44,396 nt of DNA from Nitrospinota bacterium (GCA_029879765.1 JAOUPQ010000001.1:1-44396); one strand, 5' to 3'; counted from the stretch's first letter, positions 23,877 through 33,544 are shown. Translations and numbers: made by a program. Notes: a model not told the origin generated them from the sequence alone.

Positions 23877-25709
23877 ATGGAGCCGGTAGCGCTTACACCC
23901 CAGATCATCACGGTGATCATAGTCATCGCCGTGGCCATATTCCTCTTTGTCACGGAACTGGTCCGGGTGGACGTGGTGGCGATAATCATTATGGTTATGT
24001 TGCCGATACTGGGGCTTGTGGGCCCCAAGGAGGCGTTCGCCGGATTGTCCTCCAACGCGGTGGTGTCGATTATAGCCGTCATAATCCTGGGGGCCGGTTT
24101 GGACAAAACCGGAATCATGAACAAAGTGGCGGCGCCGATCGTCCGCTTTGCCGGGGACAGCTACCCCAGGGTGGTGCTGGGGATAAGCGGCGCGGTGGGG
24201 ATAATATCCAGCTTTATGCAGAACATCGGAGCCGCGGCGCTGTTTCTCCCCGCCACCATGCGGGTGAGCCGACACATGAACATCCCCCTATCCCGGCTAT
24301 TGATGCCCATGGGATATTGCGCCATATTGGGCGGAACTGTGACCTTGGTGGGCTCCAGCCCCCTGATCCTGCTCAACGACCTGTTGCCGCCGGGGACAGA
24401 GCACTTCGGCCTATTTTCCGTCACTCCCATCGGGCTGATGTTGCTGGCCTCCGGGTTGGCTTATTTTATTTTCCTGGGCAAACATATCCTGCCGGAGCAA
24501 AAAGGAGCCAAGGGAGAGCCGAAAAGCGGAGCGCTGCGCATCCTGAAGGAATACAGCGCCACGCAGAAGATCATGGAATTGGCCGTGCCGCAGGATTTTG
24601 CCGAAAGCGGAAAAACCCTGGAGGACCTGGCCCTGCGAAAAGCCTTTCTGGTCACAGTTATCGGAAGGGCCAGAAAAGAGGGAACGGAAAAAGTGATCTC
24701 CCCTTTAAGAACCCACCGCGTATTGGCCGGGGATGTCCTGGCCGTCATAGGGGAGGAGGAGAACATCAAGAAGATGGCGACCCATTTCGGGTTCCATATC
24801 CACCCGGAAAAGGAGATATTCCGTGAGGATATGGCAGTGGAAAACGCGGGGCTGCTGGAGGCGGTGGTGGCGCCGGATTCACCCCTGACGGGTTCCACAT
24901 TGCGAAAGGAAGGATTCCAGCAGAAGTTCCAGATAATGCCGGTGGCGCTGTATCGGGAGGGGATGGTTTTTGTGGCGGGGATAGGGGACATTCCACTGAA
25001 GCAGGGAGACACCTTGCTGTTGCACGGGGTGTGGGAAAGCTTCTCCAGGATGAGAACCTCGCCGGATCTTCTGTTCGCAGGCCCTGCGGGATTTGAATTA
25101 TTCCGCAAGGACAAGGCGGCGGCGGCCCTTTTCGCTTTCGGGCTCACCATCGCCATGGTTATCGGCATGGATGTGTTCGACCTGAAATTGACCCTCTCCA
25201 ACTGCCTCATGACCGGGGCTCTGGCCATGATCCTGCTGCGGGTGCTCAGTGTGGACGAGGCATATAAAAGCGTGGACTGGCGCACGGTCTTTCTGCTGGG
25301 AGGACTGATACCTCTGGGGGTGGCCACGGAAAGAAGCGGCGCCGCAGCCTATATCGCCCAGCACACTTTGTCGCTGATTGGGACGGTCTCTCCTGTCACC
25401 CTTATGGTGGTGATAGCGATCCTCTCCACGGCATTCACCCTGGTGATCTCCAACGTGGGCGCCACGGTGCTTCTGGTCCCCCTGGCATGGAATATGGCCC
25501 AGGGCGCCGGGGCGGATCCGCGAATGGCGGCGCTGGTGGTGGGATTGGTAGCGTCCAATTCCTTCATTCTCCCCACCCACCAGGTTAACGCGCTGCTGAT
25601 GGGGCCGGGGGGGTATCGCACTGTGGACTACATCAGGGCCGGTGGCGGTATGACGGTTATCTTCATCCTGGTGACAGTGCTCGGCGTCTGGCTTTTCTAC
25701 GGTATATAA
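23877..25709 (+). CDS. SLC13/DASS-family anion permease with central TrkA-C (RCK-C) domains
   Basis: Two blocks of multiple TM helices flank a soluble ~200-aa insert with two TrkA-C-like repeats (MELAVPQDFAESGKTLEDLALR...VIGRAR and LLEAVVAPDSPLTGSTLRK...PVALYREG). Length of 610 aa is typical. Confidence 0.82.
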   Translation: MEPVALTPQIITVIIVIAVAIFLFVTELVRVDVVAIIIMVMLPILGLVGPKEAFAGLSSNAVVSIIAVIILGAGLDKTGIMNKVAAPIVRFAGDSYPRVVLGISGAVGIISSFMQNIGAAALFLPATMRVSRHMNIPLSRLLMPMGYCAILGGTVTLVGSSPLILLNDLLPPGTEHFGLFSVTPIGLMLLASGLAYFIFLGKHILPEQKGAKGEPKSGALRILKEYSATQKIMELAVPQDFAESGKTLEDLALRKAFLVTVIGRARKEGTEKVISPLRTHRVLAGDVLAVIGEEENIKKMATHFGFHIHPEKEIFREDMAVENAGLLEAVVAPDSPLTGSTLRKEGFQQKFQIMPVALYREGMVFVAGIGDIPLKQGDTLLLHGVWESFSRMRTSPDLLFAGPAGFELFRKDKAAAALFAFGLTIAMVIGMDVFDLKLTLSNCLMTGALAMILLRVLSVDEAYKSVDWRTVFLLGGLIPLGVATERSGAAAYIAQHTLSLIGTVSPVTLMVVIAILSTAFTLVISNVGATVLLVPLAWNMAQGAGADPRMAALVVGLVASNSFILPTHQVNALLMGPGGYRTVDYIRAGGGMTVIFILVTVLGVWLFYGI

Positions 25710-25795
25710 CCTTTCACTGATCTTTTTCCCCAAATCGCGTAATATATGGGAACCCGCCCCAGGCGGAGACAGATCGCGCCAATATCAGGGAAACT

Positions 25796-27454
25796 ATGAA
25801 AAATACTGTAAGAAAAGAGATAGAAAAGGCTTTTATAGAACTGGATAACCAGGAGGGCTGGGGCAGCGCGAACCCAGGAGCGTTTGACGTGTCGCATCCC
25901 AGGGAGGAAAAATTTGGAGACTTCTCCACCAACCTGGCGATGATAATGGCTTCCAGACTGAAAAAGAAGCCAAGGGACCTGGCGGAACTATTGACCGCCA
26001 TCCTGCGGAAGAACGATCTGTTCGAAACCGTGGAGGTGGCGGGGCCGGGATTTATAAACTTCCGGCTCAGACCCGTGCGCTGGGCTCGGGAGCTAGGCCG
26101 GGTGTTTCGAGAAAAAGAGAGCTTCGGCAGGGTGGAGATAGGCAAGGGGGAGAAGGTTATGGTGGAGTTCGTCTCCGCCAACCCCACCGGCCCCCTGCAC
26201 ATCGGGCATGGCCGGGGCGCCGCCGTGGGGGACGCATTGGCCAGCATCCTGCGATGGGCCGGATACGATGTGGTGCGGGAGTACTACACCAACGACGTCG
26301 GTTTGCAGATGGACAACCTGGGGCGATCCACCCTTTTGCGCGCCAGGGAGCTGGCCGGGGAGATCCTGGCGGAGGAGCCGGCGTATAAGGGGGAGTATAT
26401 GAAGGATGTGGCCAGGGCGTTCATGGAAAAACATGGGCCCGATATCCTATCCGCCCCCGAAGCCGAGGCGCTGGCCATCGCCAGGGATTTCGCCGCGGAA
26501 AACATAATGGAGGGGATCCGGAAAGACCTGGCGGATTTTAACGTCCATTTCGACATCTGGTATTCAGAGAAGACCCTCCATGAGTCCGGCTCGGTGGAGA
26601 AGCTGATCGATATGATGCTCGAGCAGGAGCGGATATATGAAAAAGATGGAGCTCTTTGGCTGAAGACCGATGAGCAGGGGGATGAAAAGGACCGGGTGGT
26701 GCGCCGCGCCAACGGGGTCACCACATACCTGGCGGCGGATATCGCGTATCACAAGACGAAGCTGGATCGCAACTTCAGCACTCTTGTGAATATATGGGGC
26801 GCGGACCACCATGGCTATGTGCCCCGGATGAAGGCGGTGATATCCGCTTTGGGGGGGGATCCGGACAAGCTGGTGGTCCGTCTGGTCCAGCTGGTGAGTC
26901 TTAAAAAGGGGGGCCAGACATACGCCATGAGCACCAGGGAAGGAGTGTTCACCACTCTGCGGGAGATCATGGACGAGGTGGGCGCCGATGCCGTGCGCTA
27001 TTTTTTCCTTATGCGCTCCTCCGACAGCCAGATGGAATTTGATGTGGAACTGGCCAAAAGCCAGAGCAGTGAAAACCCGGTGTTCTATGTCCAGTACGCC
27101 CATGCCCGCTGCAGCAGCATCTTCCGGCAGGCGGAGGAAAAGGGGGTGGCGACGCCAGACTTTCAGCATGTGAATCCGGAGCTGCTGACCGGCGAAGGGG
27201 AACTGCGGCTGATACGCAAGCTTATGGAGCTTCCGGAAATTGTGGAGGTGGCGGCCAGCAGCTTCCAGCCTCATCACCTGACCCAGTATATGTATGAAGT
27301 GGCCGGGCTGTTCCACCATTTCTATAAACACAACCGGGTGGTGGGGGAGGACGAGGCTCTATCCGCCGCCAGGCTGTCGCTGGTGATGGCGACGCAGATG
27401 ATCCTGAAGAACGGATTGGGGATTCTGGGTATTAACGCTCCGGATAAAATGTGA
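25796..27454 (+). CDS. argS: arginine--tRNA ligase
   Basis: Class I HIGH motif SANPTGPLHIGHGRGAAVGD. MSTREG in place of KMSKS. C-terminal DALR anticodon-binding region ending ...LGILGINAPDKM. Confidence 0.97.
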   Translation: MKNTVRKEIEKAFIELDNQEGWGSANPGAFDVSHPREEKFGDFSTNLAMIMASRLKKKPRDLAELLTAILRKNDLFETVEVAGPGFINFRLRPVRWARELGRVFREKESFGRVEIGKGEKVMVEFVSANPTGPLHIGHGRGAAVGDALASILRWAGYDVVREYYTNDVGLQMDNLGRSTLLRARELAGEILAEEPAYKGEYMKDVARAFMEKHGPDILSAPEAEALAIARDFAAENIMEGIRKDLADFNVHFDIWYSEKTLHESGSVEKLIDMMLEQERIYEKDGALWLKTDEQGDEKDRVVRRANGVTTYLAADIAYHKTKLDRNFSTLVNIWGADHHGYVPRMKAVISALGGDPDKLVVRLVQLVSLKKGGQTYAMSTREGVFTTLREIMDEVGADAVRYFFLMRSSDSQMEFDVELAKSQSSENPVFYVQYAHARCSSIFRQAEEKGVATPDFQHVNPELLTGEGELRLIRKLMELPEIVEVAASSFQPHHLTQYMYEVAGLFHHFYKHNRVVGEDEALSAARLSLVMATQMILKNGLGILGINAPDKM

Positions 27455-27476
27455 TAATATCTAAACCGAGGAGAAT

Positions 27477-28217
27477 ATGAAACCTGAACTCGTAACCATC
27501 CAGAAGATCAGGCTTGTTCAACTTGGCGCCATAGCTTTGCTGGGTTTTGTTCTGTCGTTCACCGCCGGTTATTTCTATGGCGGTTCTTCGGAAACGCAAA
27601 ACAAGATGGACGAGCAGCCCGACATGCTGGTGAAAAGCTCCCCGAATGTGGGAAAACATGTCATCAAGCGTGTAATCCCGCCCAAACAGGCCGTGGAAAC
27701 CCCCACCCGGGAGCCAGGGAATACAGCCGCCGATCCAGAATCCCCACCTCCGCCAAAATCCGCCTTCGTACCCCAGAAGCAACCAAACTCTGCAAAGCAG
27801 ACGACCCCTGTGTGGCGCACTTCGCCAGAAAAGAGCGCCGGCGCCACTCCAAAGCCAAAGCTGGTGGCCAAGTCCACGAAGGACGATAATCCCACCTCCC
27901 CCAGCGCCGAGGCTGCCAGGGCAGGGGCTGCCAGGGCGGCCACCACAAAAGCAGCAAGCGCCAGAGAGAAAGCCCCCTCCGGCCCGAAATATACTTTGCA
28001 GGTGGCTTCCTTCATGAAGGAGGAAGACGCAAAGAGGTTGATGGACTCCCTGATCCAGAATAACTACCCAGCCTATAGCAGAAAAGCGGTGATAAAAGGG
28101 AAAACGTGGCACAGGGTGCGAGTGGGGGTTTATAGCTCCCGGGAGATAGCGAAGGAAGTGGCGGAGAAAATCGAGAAGCAGAAGAAACTCAAATCAATGG
28201 TGATCCGTCATGAATGA
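27477..28217 (+). CDS. SPOR domain-containing membrane protein
   Basis: N-terminal TM, a Pro/Ala/Lys-rich linker, and a C-terminal SPOR fold: YTLQVASFMKEEDAKRLMDSL...GKTWHRVRVGVYSSREIAKEVAEKI. Confidence 0.82.
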   Translation: MKPELVTIQKIRLVQLGAIALLGFVLSFTAGYFYGGSSETQNKMDEQPDMLVKSSPNVGKHVIKRVIPPKQAVETPTREPGNTAADPESPPPPKSAFVPQKQPNSAKQTTPVWRTSPEKSAGATPKPKLVAKSTKDDNPTSPSAEAARAGAARAATTKAASAREKAPSGPKYTLQVASFMKEEDAKRLMDSLIQNNYPAYSRKAVIKGKTWHRVRVGVYSSREIAKEVAEKIEKQKKLKSMVIRHE

Positions 28218-28223
28218 CACAGC

Positions 28224-28835
28224 CTACAGCAGGGTCATGCCAGCCGTCGCCCCATCGAAACCCAGGACTACCACCGTCTCTTCGTCTATCTGGAAATAAT
28301 CTTCGGCGGGAAAACCGGCATAGCGTTTCACCATGGTCTCTATGACGCCATAATGCGAGATGGCCAGCACATGCTCCCCATGGTGTTGCCGGCAGGCGTC
28401 GTGGATGAACTCCTCCACCCTGGCCCGCAGATCGTCCCCCGATTCGCCTCCCGGATATTTTATGGACGTGGTGGATTTATGTCTTTTTATTGTCTCCCAG
28501 ATATCCTGCTTCACCGAGCCGGTATATTCGCCAAAATCTATTTCCCGCAATACGCTGGTGAAAGTCGGCGCCGGAAGGTCTGGCGATCGCTTCTGGATGA
28601 TGGCCAGGGTGGATCGGGCGCGGGGCAGGTCGCTGCAATATATGGCTGAAACCGGAAAGGGCGCCAACTTGTCCGCTTTCACCACGGAAGACCGGATTCC
28701 CACCTCCGTCAGCGGGCTGTCCGCATGGCCCTGGATGACGCCGGTCTGGTTCGCCTCCGTTTTTCCATGGCGGATCAGCAGCAGGGTCAGCCGACACGAC
28801 GGTGGAAGTTGGCTTTTGTCTTGATGGCGTGTCAT
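28224..28835 (-). CDS. histidine phosphatase family protein (phosphoglycerate-mutase-like)
   Basis: LLLIRHGKTEANQTGVIQGHADSPLTEVG (RHG motif) and ...VLAISHYGVI. The tracked ORF extends to 28943 and would overlap tsaE and its RBS. ATG 28835 (MTRHQDK...) is the likely start. Confidence 0.85.
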   Translation of the reverse strand: MTRHQDKSQLPPSCRLTLLLIRHGKTEANQTGVIQGHADSPLTEVGIRSSVVKADKLAPFPVSAIYCSDLPRARSTLAIIQKRSPDLPAPTFTSVLREIDFGEYTGSVKQDIWETIKRHKSTTSIKYPGGESGDDLRARVEEFIHDACRQHHGEHVLAISHYGVIETMVKRYAGFPAEDYFQIDEETVVVLGFDGATAGMTLL

Positions 28836-28867
28836 GTAGACTAGTTTAGCATGCAAGGAGAGATTGA

Positions 28868-29386
28868 ATGACCATAAGCTGGCCCACCCGCGACGGATCG
28901 ACGACGCGTTTGAAGCGGGTTTTGTCGAGCGTGGAAACCACACTGGCCCTGGCCGAGGCCATAGGCTCGATTTTGAAACCTGGGGATATGGTTCTGCTGA
29001 TTGGAGAATTGGGAGCGGGGAAAACCACCTTCACCCAGGGATTGTGCAAGGGGATCGGTATGGCTCCCGGATCATGGGCCAGGTCGCCCACGTTCACGTT
29101 GATCAACGAATATCGGGCAAAATCCCCCATCAGGCACGCGGATTTGTACAGGATAGATTCACCGGAGGATTTCGAGAGCATCGGGCTTTTCGACACGGCG
29201 TTCGACGGAATAACGATAATCGAATGGGCGGACAAGCTTCCGCTGGATTTGGAGCTGGGCGTCACATTGGTGGTGGAACTCAAAGAAATATCCCAGACGG
29301 CCCGGGAGATTGCGCTGGAGTGTGGCACGGAGTTAGGCTCCGCGCTAACTCAATGTATAACAACGCAATACGATATCTCCGGATAG
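28868..29386 (+). CDS. tsaE: tRNA t6A37 threonylcarbamoyladenosine biosynthesis ATPase TsaE
   Basis: AAGGAG RBS at 28854-28859. P-loop GELGAGKTTFTQG, SPTFTLINEY, and HADLYRI. Confidence 0.9.
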   Translation: MTISWPTRDGSTTRLKRVLSSVETTLALAEAIGSILKPGDMVLLIGELGAGKTTFTQGLCKGIGMAPGSWARSPTFTLINEYRAKSPIRHADLYRIDSPEDFESIGLFDTAFDGITIIEWADKLPLDLELGVTLVVELKEISQTAREIALECGTELGSALTQCITTQYDISG

Positions 29387-29388
29387 AC

Positions 29389-29439
29389 GTTTACAAAGCA
29401 TATGGCGGTATGGCACACTAATTGCCTATGTTTGTAAAC
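29389..29439. repeat. 9-bp perfect inverted repeat bracketing the tsaE-lptC gap and the lptC start codon
   Basis: GTTTACAAA (29389-29397) and TTTGTAAAC (29431-29439), with a 33-nt spacer that contains the sigma54-like motif and ATG 29428. Confidence 0.8.
29411..29425 (+). promoter_or_regulatory. sigma54 (RpoN) -24/-12 consensus element
   Basis: TGGCAC-ACTAA-TTGC is a perfect match to TGGCAC-N5-TTGC. It lies in the 41-nt tsaE-lptC gap, and its -12 element overlaps the tracked TTG start of lptC. Confidence 0.45.
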
Positions 29440-29994
29440 TCACCGATATTTCGGATTTTCCTGGCCCTCTCCATCGCGGGGATGGTCGGGCTGATGATAT
29501 GGTTCGTCGTCAGCAAGAAGACAGAGGCGCCTGCGGCCATCGTGGCCAACGCGCTGATGGAAGGTGAGGAGATGGCGATCCAGTGGGCGCAGTTGCTGGA
29601 GAAGAAGGACAACAAGATAACCCTTCGAATAAAGTCGGAGAAAGCTGTTATATCGGAGGATCGCAAACGGATAAATTTGACCAACTTTTCCATGGTGTCA
29701 TATGGCGAAGGATCCGGGCGGACGACCATCATCGCCAGGGACGGGCTGCTGGATAACGACACAAAGGACGTGACGGCCAATGGCGGCGTGTTGGTGATGG
29801 ATGGCGAGGGGAGGGCGATGTACACTGAAAAGCTATATTGGTATGAAGGGAAGAAAACCCTCTCCAGTGATTCGCTGGTGAAAATATTCGGAGGAAACTT
29901 CGTGATAAAAGGGAGCGCTCTGGAAGTGGATACCATGGCAGGTATGGCCAGGATCAGCGGCGGCGTGACCGCCATATTCAGCGGCAGGAAATGA
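29428..29994 (+). CDS. lptC: LPS export system protein LptC
   Basis: N-terminal TM IFRIFLALSIAGMVGLMIWFVV, then an OstA-like beta-jellyroll pattern. Lies immediately upstream of and overlapping lptA (ATGA at 29991-29994). The tracked start TTG 29422 is the alternative. Confidence 0.72.
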   Translation: MFVNSPIFRIFLALSIAGMVGLMIWFVVSKKTEAPAAIVANALMEGEEMAIQWAQLLEKKDNKITLRIKSEKAVISEDRKRINLTNFSMVSYGEGSGRTTIIARDGLLDNDTKDVTANGGVLVMDGEGRAMYTEKLYWYEGKKTLSSDSLVKIFGGNFVIKGSALEVDTMAGMARISGGVTAIFSGRK

Positions 29995-30839
29995 CCTGCG
30001 CTCGAATACTGGCAACGCTGGTCATAATCCTGGCCCTCACCTCGGGCCATGCCCAGGCGGCCAGCAAGGCGCAGCAGGGATCCGCGGATAATAAGGCTCC
30101 CCTTAAAATCACCTCCAACGAAATGATCACCGACAAGAAAAACAGGAAAATCATCTTTTCAGGGTCGGTGGTGGCGGTGAAAGGGAAACTTACCATAAAG
30201 ACAGACGAGATGACCGTCTGGACCGATGAGGAGCAGCGTGAGTTCAAAAGAATCGTGGCCCGAGGGTCGGTGAAAATTGTGCGGGACAACAAAACCGCCA
30301 CCGGGGACACAGCGGAATATTTTAACGTAAATCCCAAAACGGGGGAGCAGGAGCGCATCGAGATTACTGGAGACGCTTTTTTGCAGGATGAGAGGACCAC
30401 GGCATCCGGAAAAAAGGTGGTTTACTATTTCCAGACGGAGGATATGAAAATATACGGCGGAGCGGAAAAACGCTCCGTCATCACCATATTCGGCGAGGAT
30501 GCGGCGCCGCCGGAGCAACCCATGGAAAGGGAACGCGCAGCATCGCCGGAAAGGCCACCTGTGGCGGAGAAACATGCGCCTCAGCATTCTGCGATCTCAG
30601 GTCCGGTATATGTGGTCCAGGCGGCCTCCTTCCCCAATATGGAAGACGCCTCGGAGATGGCGGATAAACTGACCTCCAGAGGATTCACGGTATTCGTGGA
30701 GAAAGCGCAACTGAAAACCGGAACATGGTACCGTGTTAAGGTGGGGCGCTATCAGAGCCCGGAAGAGGCTGAAACAGCCGCCAGCCGTATCCGAAGCGAA
30801 ATGGGCCTCAAGCCGATTATAATACAGAAAAATGAGTAA
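29991..30839 (+). CDS. lptA: LptA (OstA N-terminal-type) periplasmic LPS transport protein fused to a C-terminal SPOR domain
   Basis: Signal peptide ...ALTSGHAQA|A. OstA_N-like repeats ([40 protein letters not shown]...ARGSVKIV...ATGDTAEY). Pro/Glu linker at aa ~168-204. SPOR domain at aa ~205-279 ([22 protein letters not shown]...[24 protein letters not shown]). Confidence 0.8.
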   Translation: MTCARILATLVIILALTSGHAQAASKAQQGSADNKAPLKITSNEMITDKKNRKIIFSGSVVAVKGKLTIKTDEMTVWTDEEQREFKRIVARGSVKIVRDNKTATGDTAEYFNVNPKTGEQERIEITGDAFLQDERTTASGKKVVYYFQTEDMKIYGGAEKRSVITIFGEDAAPPEQPMERERAASPERPPVAEKHAPQHSAISGPVYVVQAASFPNMEDASEMADKLTSRGFTVFVEKAQLKTGTWYRVKVGRYQSPEEAETAASRIRSEMGLKPIIIQKNE

Positions 30840-30877
30840 ACGAATCTTGGGCGCCTCCGCAAGCCAGACAAAAGGAT

Positions 30878-31684
30878 TTGGTGTATTCGCCGATGCATAA
30901 AGAAGTGACGCCCGAAGAGAAGAAGAATCCACCGGGCGAGGAAAAGAATAAAAAACCGGTGATGTCCCTCAGATCCGAGAACCTGTTCAAGGCGTACAGG
31001 AACAGGAATGTGGTCAATGGAGTGTCGTTGACCATGAACAGCGGCGAGGTGGTGGGGCTATTGGGGCCCAACGGCGCGGGCAAAACCACCACATTTTACA
31101 TGATAGTTGGGCTGACCCGCTGTGACTCGGGAAAAGTGTATTATGGCGATGAGGATGTAACCTATCTGCCCATGTTTCAAAGGGCCAGGATCGGGATAGG
31201 CTATCTTCCCCAGGAGCCATCGGTTTTCAGGAAGCTGACGGTTTTTCAGAACATATACGCCATTATGGAAACCCTTCCATACACCCGGTTCGAAAGGGTC
31301 CGCCGGACAGAGGAACTGATGGAGGAGTTTGGGATAAGTCACATATCCTCCGAAAAGGCGGTATCGCTATCCGGAGGGGAGCGCAGGAGGCTGGAGATAG
31401 CCCGGGCGTTGTGCGCCAACCCATCCTTCATCCTGTTGGACGAGCCCTTCGCTGGCATAGACCCGATCGCAGTGGGGGATATCCAGAAGATAGTGCTGAA
31501 ACTAAAAGAGATGGGAATTGGCGTATTAATTACCGATCATAACGTAAGATACACCCTGGGAATAACCGACAGGGCTTATATTATAAGCGAGGGTTGCGTG
31601 CTGGAGGAAGGGACGCCGGAAGAGATCGCCTCCTCGGAACGGGCCAGAAAAATCTATTTAGGAGAGGATTTTTCGCTAAAATAG
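30878..31684 (+). CDS. lptB: LPS export ABC transporter ATP-binding protein LptB
   Basis: Walker [15 protein letters not shown]-loop YLPQE, signature [15 protein letters not shown], Walker [14 protein letters not shown]-loop ITDHN. Start is uncertain: TTG 30878 as tracked, or ATG 30962 ([12 protein letters not shown]), which would give a canonical length. Confidence 0.95.
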   Translation: MVYSPMHKEVTPEEKKNPPGEEKNKKPVMSLRSENLFKAYRNRNVVNGVSLTMNSGEVVGLLGPNGAGKTTTFYMIVGLTRCDSGKVYYGDEDVTYLPMFQRARIGIGYLPQEPSVFRKLTVFQNIYAIMETLPYTRFERVRRTEELMEEFGISHISSEKAVSLSGGERRRLEIARALCANPSFILLDEPFAGIDPIAVGDIQKIVLKLKEMGIGVLITDHNVRYTLGITDRAYIISEGCVLEEGTPEEIASSERARKIYLGEDFSLK

Positions 31685-31720
31685 AATCTTTCAAGGAAAA
31701 GAGGCGAGAATCATAAAGAT

Positions 31721-33190
31721 ATGGGCATAGAATTAAAGCTTCAGATGCGCCAGGCGCAACGCCTGGTTATGACGCCCATGCTCCAGCAAGCGATCAAACT
31801 GCTGCCCATGACCAGGCTGGAGCTTATCCAGGCAATTCGTAACGAATTGGAGCAAAACCCCCTTCTGGAGGAAGAGGGGGAGGAAGCGCTGGAGACCACC
31901 GGAAGCGAAGCCGCCGAAGCGCCCAACCAGGAGGAAGAGTCTATCCAGCCCCAGGAAAAAGTCTTCGAGGAGCAAACCACCCTGGAGGATGGGAAATCTC
32001 CCGAAAAGAAAGACGATGTGGACTGGGACACATATATGCAGAACGACCTCTATGAAGGGCGCACGGGAGATGGGAACACGGAGTTTCCCAGCATCGAAAA
32101 CACCCTGCGGCAAAAAGAGAGCCTGGAAGCCCATCTTATGTGGCAGCTTGGCGCCTCGGCCCTGGACGAAGAGGAAGAGCGCCTGGGAGAGCTGATAATC
32201 GGCAACATCAACATGGAAGGCTACCTGGTGGAGAGCCTGGAGGAACTGGCCAAAGAAGCGGAAGTTGATGTGGAAGCAATTGAGGATGCGCTGATTCTGG
32301 TGCAAAGCTTCGATCCGCCGGGGGTGGGGGCCAGAGACCTGAAGGAATGCCTGTTGTTGCAGGCCCACAGCGCCAAGTTGAAGGGAACCGTGGTGGAGAA
32401 GCTGATCCAGAGCCATCTGGAAGAGCTGGACGAAAGGAATTACAAAAAAATCGCCAAATCGATGGATGTGACCCAGGAGGATATCATCGATGCGGTGCGA
32501 ATCATAAAGGAATTCGATCCCAAGCCGGGGCTGGAGTACAACCCGGAGGAGGCGGTGTATATCACGCCGGATCTTTATGTGGTGAAGGTGGACAACGAGT
32601 ACCAGGTCTATCTGAACGACGAAGATATCCCCCGGCTTCGGATAAACTCCTATTATCAGTCCATATTGAAAAACAAATCGAAAGACACCACCCAGACCCG
32701 GGAATACGTGGAGGAGAAGTTTCGAGGCGCGTTGTGGATGATAAAGAGTATAGAGCAACGTCGCCAGACAATGCTCAAGGTGGGCAGAAGCCTGTGCAAA
32801 TTTCAAAGAGAGTTCATGGACAACGGACTCGAATTCCTCAAGCCTCTGGTGCTAAAAGATGTGGCCGAGGATATCGGGATGCACGAATCCACCATCAGCC
32901 GGGTGACCACCAACAAATATATCCACACCCCCCAGGGGCTATTTGAGCTAAAGTTCTTTTTTCATTCAGCGGTGGGCAGCTTCGTGGGAAGCGATATGTC
33001 CTCCGTTAGAGTCAAGGAGATGATAAGGATAATATGTAAGGAAGAAGACGCCAGTAAACCATATACAGACGACCAGATCGCGGCTATCCTGAAGGAGAAG
33101 AATGTCAGGATAGCGCGCAGGACAGTCACCAAGTATCGAAAAGAGCTGAAAATACCATCCACTTCCAAAAGGAAGAAACTGTTTTTATGA
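31721..33190 (+). CDS. rpoN: RNA polymerase sigma-54 factor
   Basis: N-terminal region I (LKLQMRQAQRLVMTPMLQQAIKLL), an acidic region II, ARDLKECLLLQ, an HTH, and the RpoN box ARRTVTKYR. Confidence 0.97.
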   Translation: MGIELKLQMRQAQRLVMTPMLQQAIKLLPMTRLELIQAIRNELEQNPLLEEEGEEALETTGSEAAEAPNQEEESIQPQEKVFEEQTTLEDGKSPEKKDDVDWDTYMQNDLYEGRTGDGNTEFPSIENTLRQKESLEAHLMWQLGASALDEEEERLGELIIGNINMEGYLVESLEELAKEAEVDVEAIEDALILVQSFDPPGVGARDLKECLLLQAHSAKLKGTVVEKLIQSHLEELDERNYKKIAKSMDVTQEDIIDAVRIIKEFDPKPGLEYNPEEAVYITPDLYVVKVDNEYQVYLNDEDIPRLRINSYYQSILKNKSKDTTQTREYVEEKFRGALWMIKSIEQRRQTMLKVGRSLCKFQREFMDNGLEFLKPLVLKDVAEDIGMHESTISRVTTNKYIHTPQGLFELKFFFHSAVGSFVGSDMSSVRVKEMIRIICKEEDASKPYTDDQIAAILKEKNVRIARRTVTKYRKELKIPSTSKRKKLFL

Positions 33191-33217
33191 TCCAGAAAGG
33201 ATCCATAGGAGAGGAAA

Positions 33218-33544
33218 ATGCAAATTACAATTACAGGACATCATGTGGAAGTGACACCAGCCATAAGGCAATACGCCGAGGAAAAAGTGGCCAAAGTGCG
33301 CAAATATCTTAACACCACCATAAACGCCCATGTGACGTTGAAAGTGGAGAAGCTTTTGCACATTGCCGAAGTGACAATCCACGCCAACGGGGTTGATCTG
33401 CATGGCATGGAGAAAACCGACAACCTGTACGCCGCCATCGACAAGGTCATGGACAAGATCGACCGCCAGGCCAAAAAAGTGAAGGGGAAAATCCAGGACA
33501 AGCGCAAGGACGTCACCCAGGTCATAGCCGGCAGCGAAGACTGA
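33218..33544 (+). CDS. hpf: ribosome hibernation promoting factor (short HPF/YfiA type)
   Basis: MQITITGHHVEVTPAIRQYAEEKVAKVRKYL...HIAEVTIHANG...LYAAIDKVMDKIDRQ. At 108 aa it has no long C-terminal dimerisation domain. Confidence 0.93.
   Translation: MQITITGHHVEVTPAIRQYAEEKVAKVRKYLNTTINAHVTLKVEKLLHIAEVTIHANGVDLHGMEKTDNLYAAIDKVMDKIDRQAKKVKGKIQDKRKDVTQVIAGSED

Noticed and set aside
22815-24275. 486-aa minus-strand ORF covering tatB, an intergenic region, the USP-like ORF and the start of the DASS permease
   Set aside because: It runs through two intergenic regions and three plus-strand genes with good motifs. It is His/Arg/Gly/Pro-rich low-complexity sequence, and a real gene is unlikely to overlap all of these.
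28836-28943. Upstream extension of the histidine phosphatase ORF (tracked start 28943)
   Set aside because: It would overlap the tsaE start and its AAGGAG RBS on the other strand, and it adds non-homologous residues. ATG 28835 gives a canonical RHG-family N-terminus.
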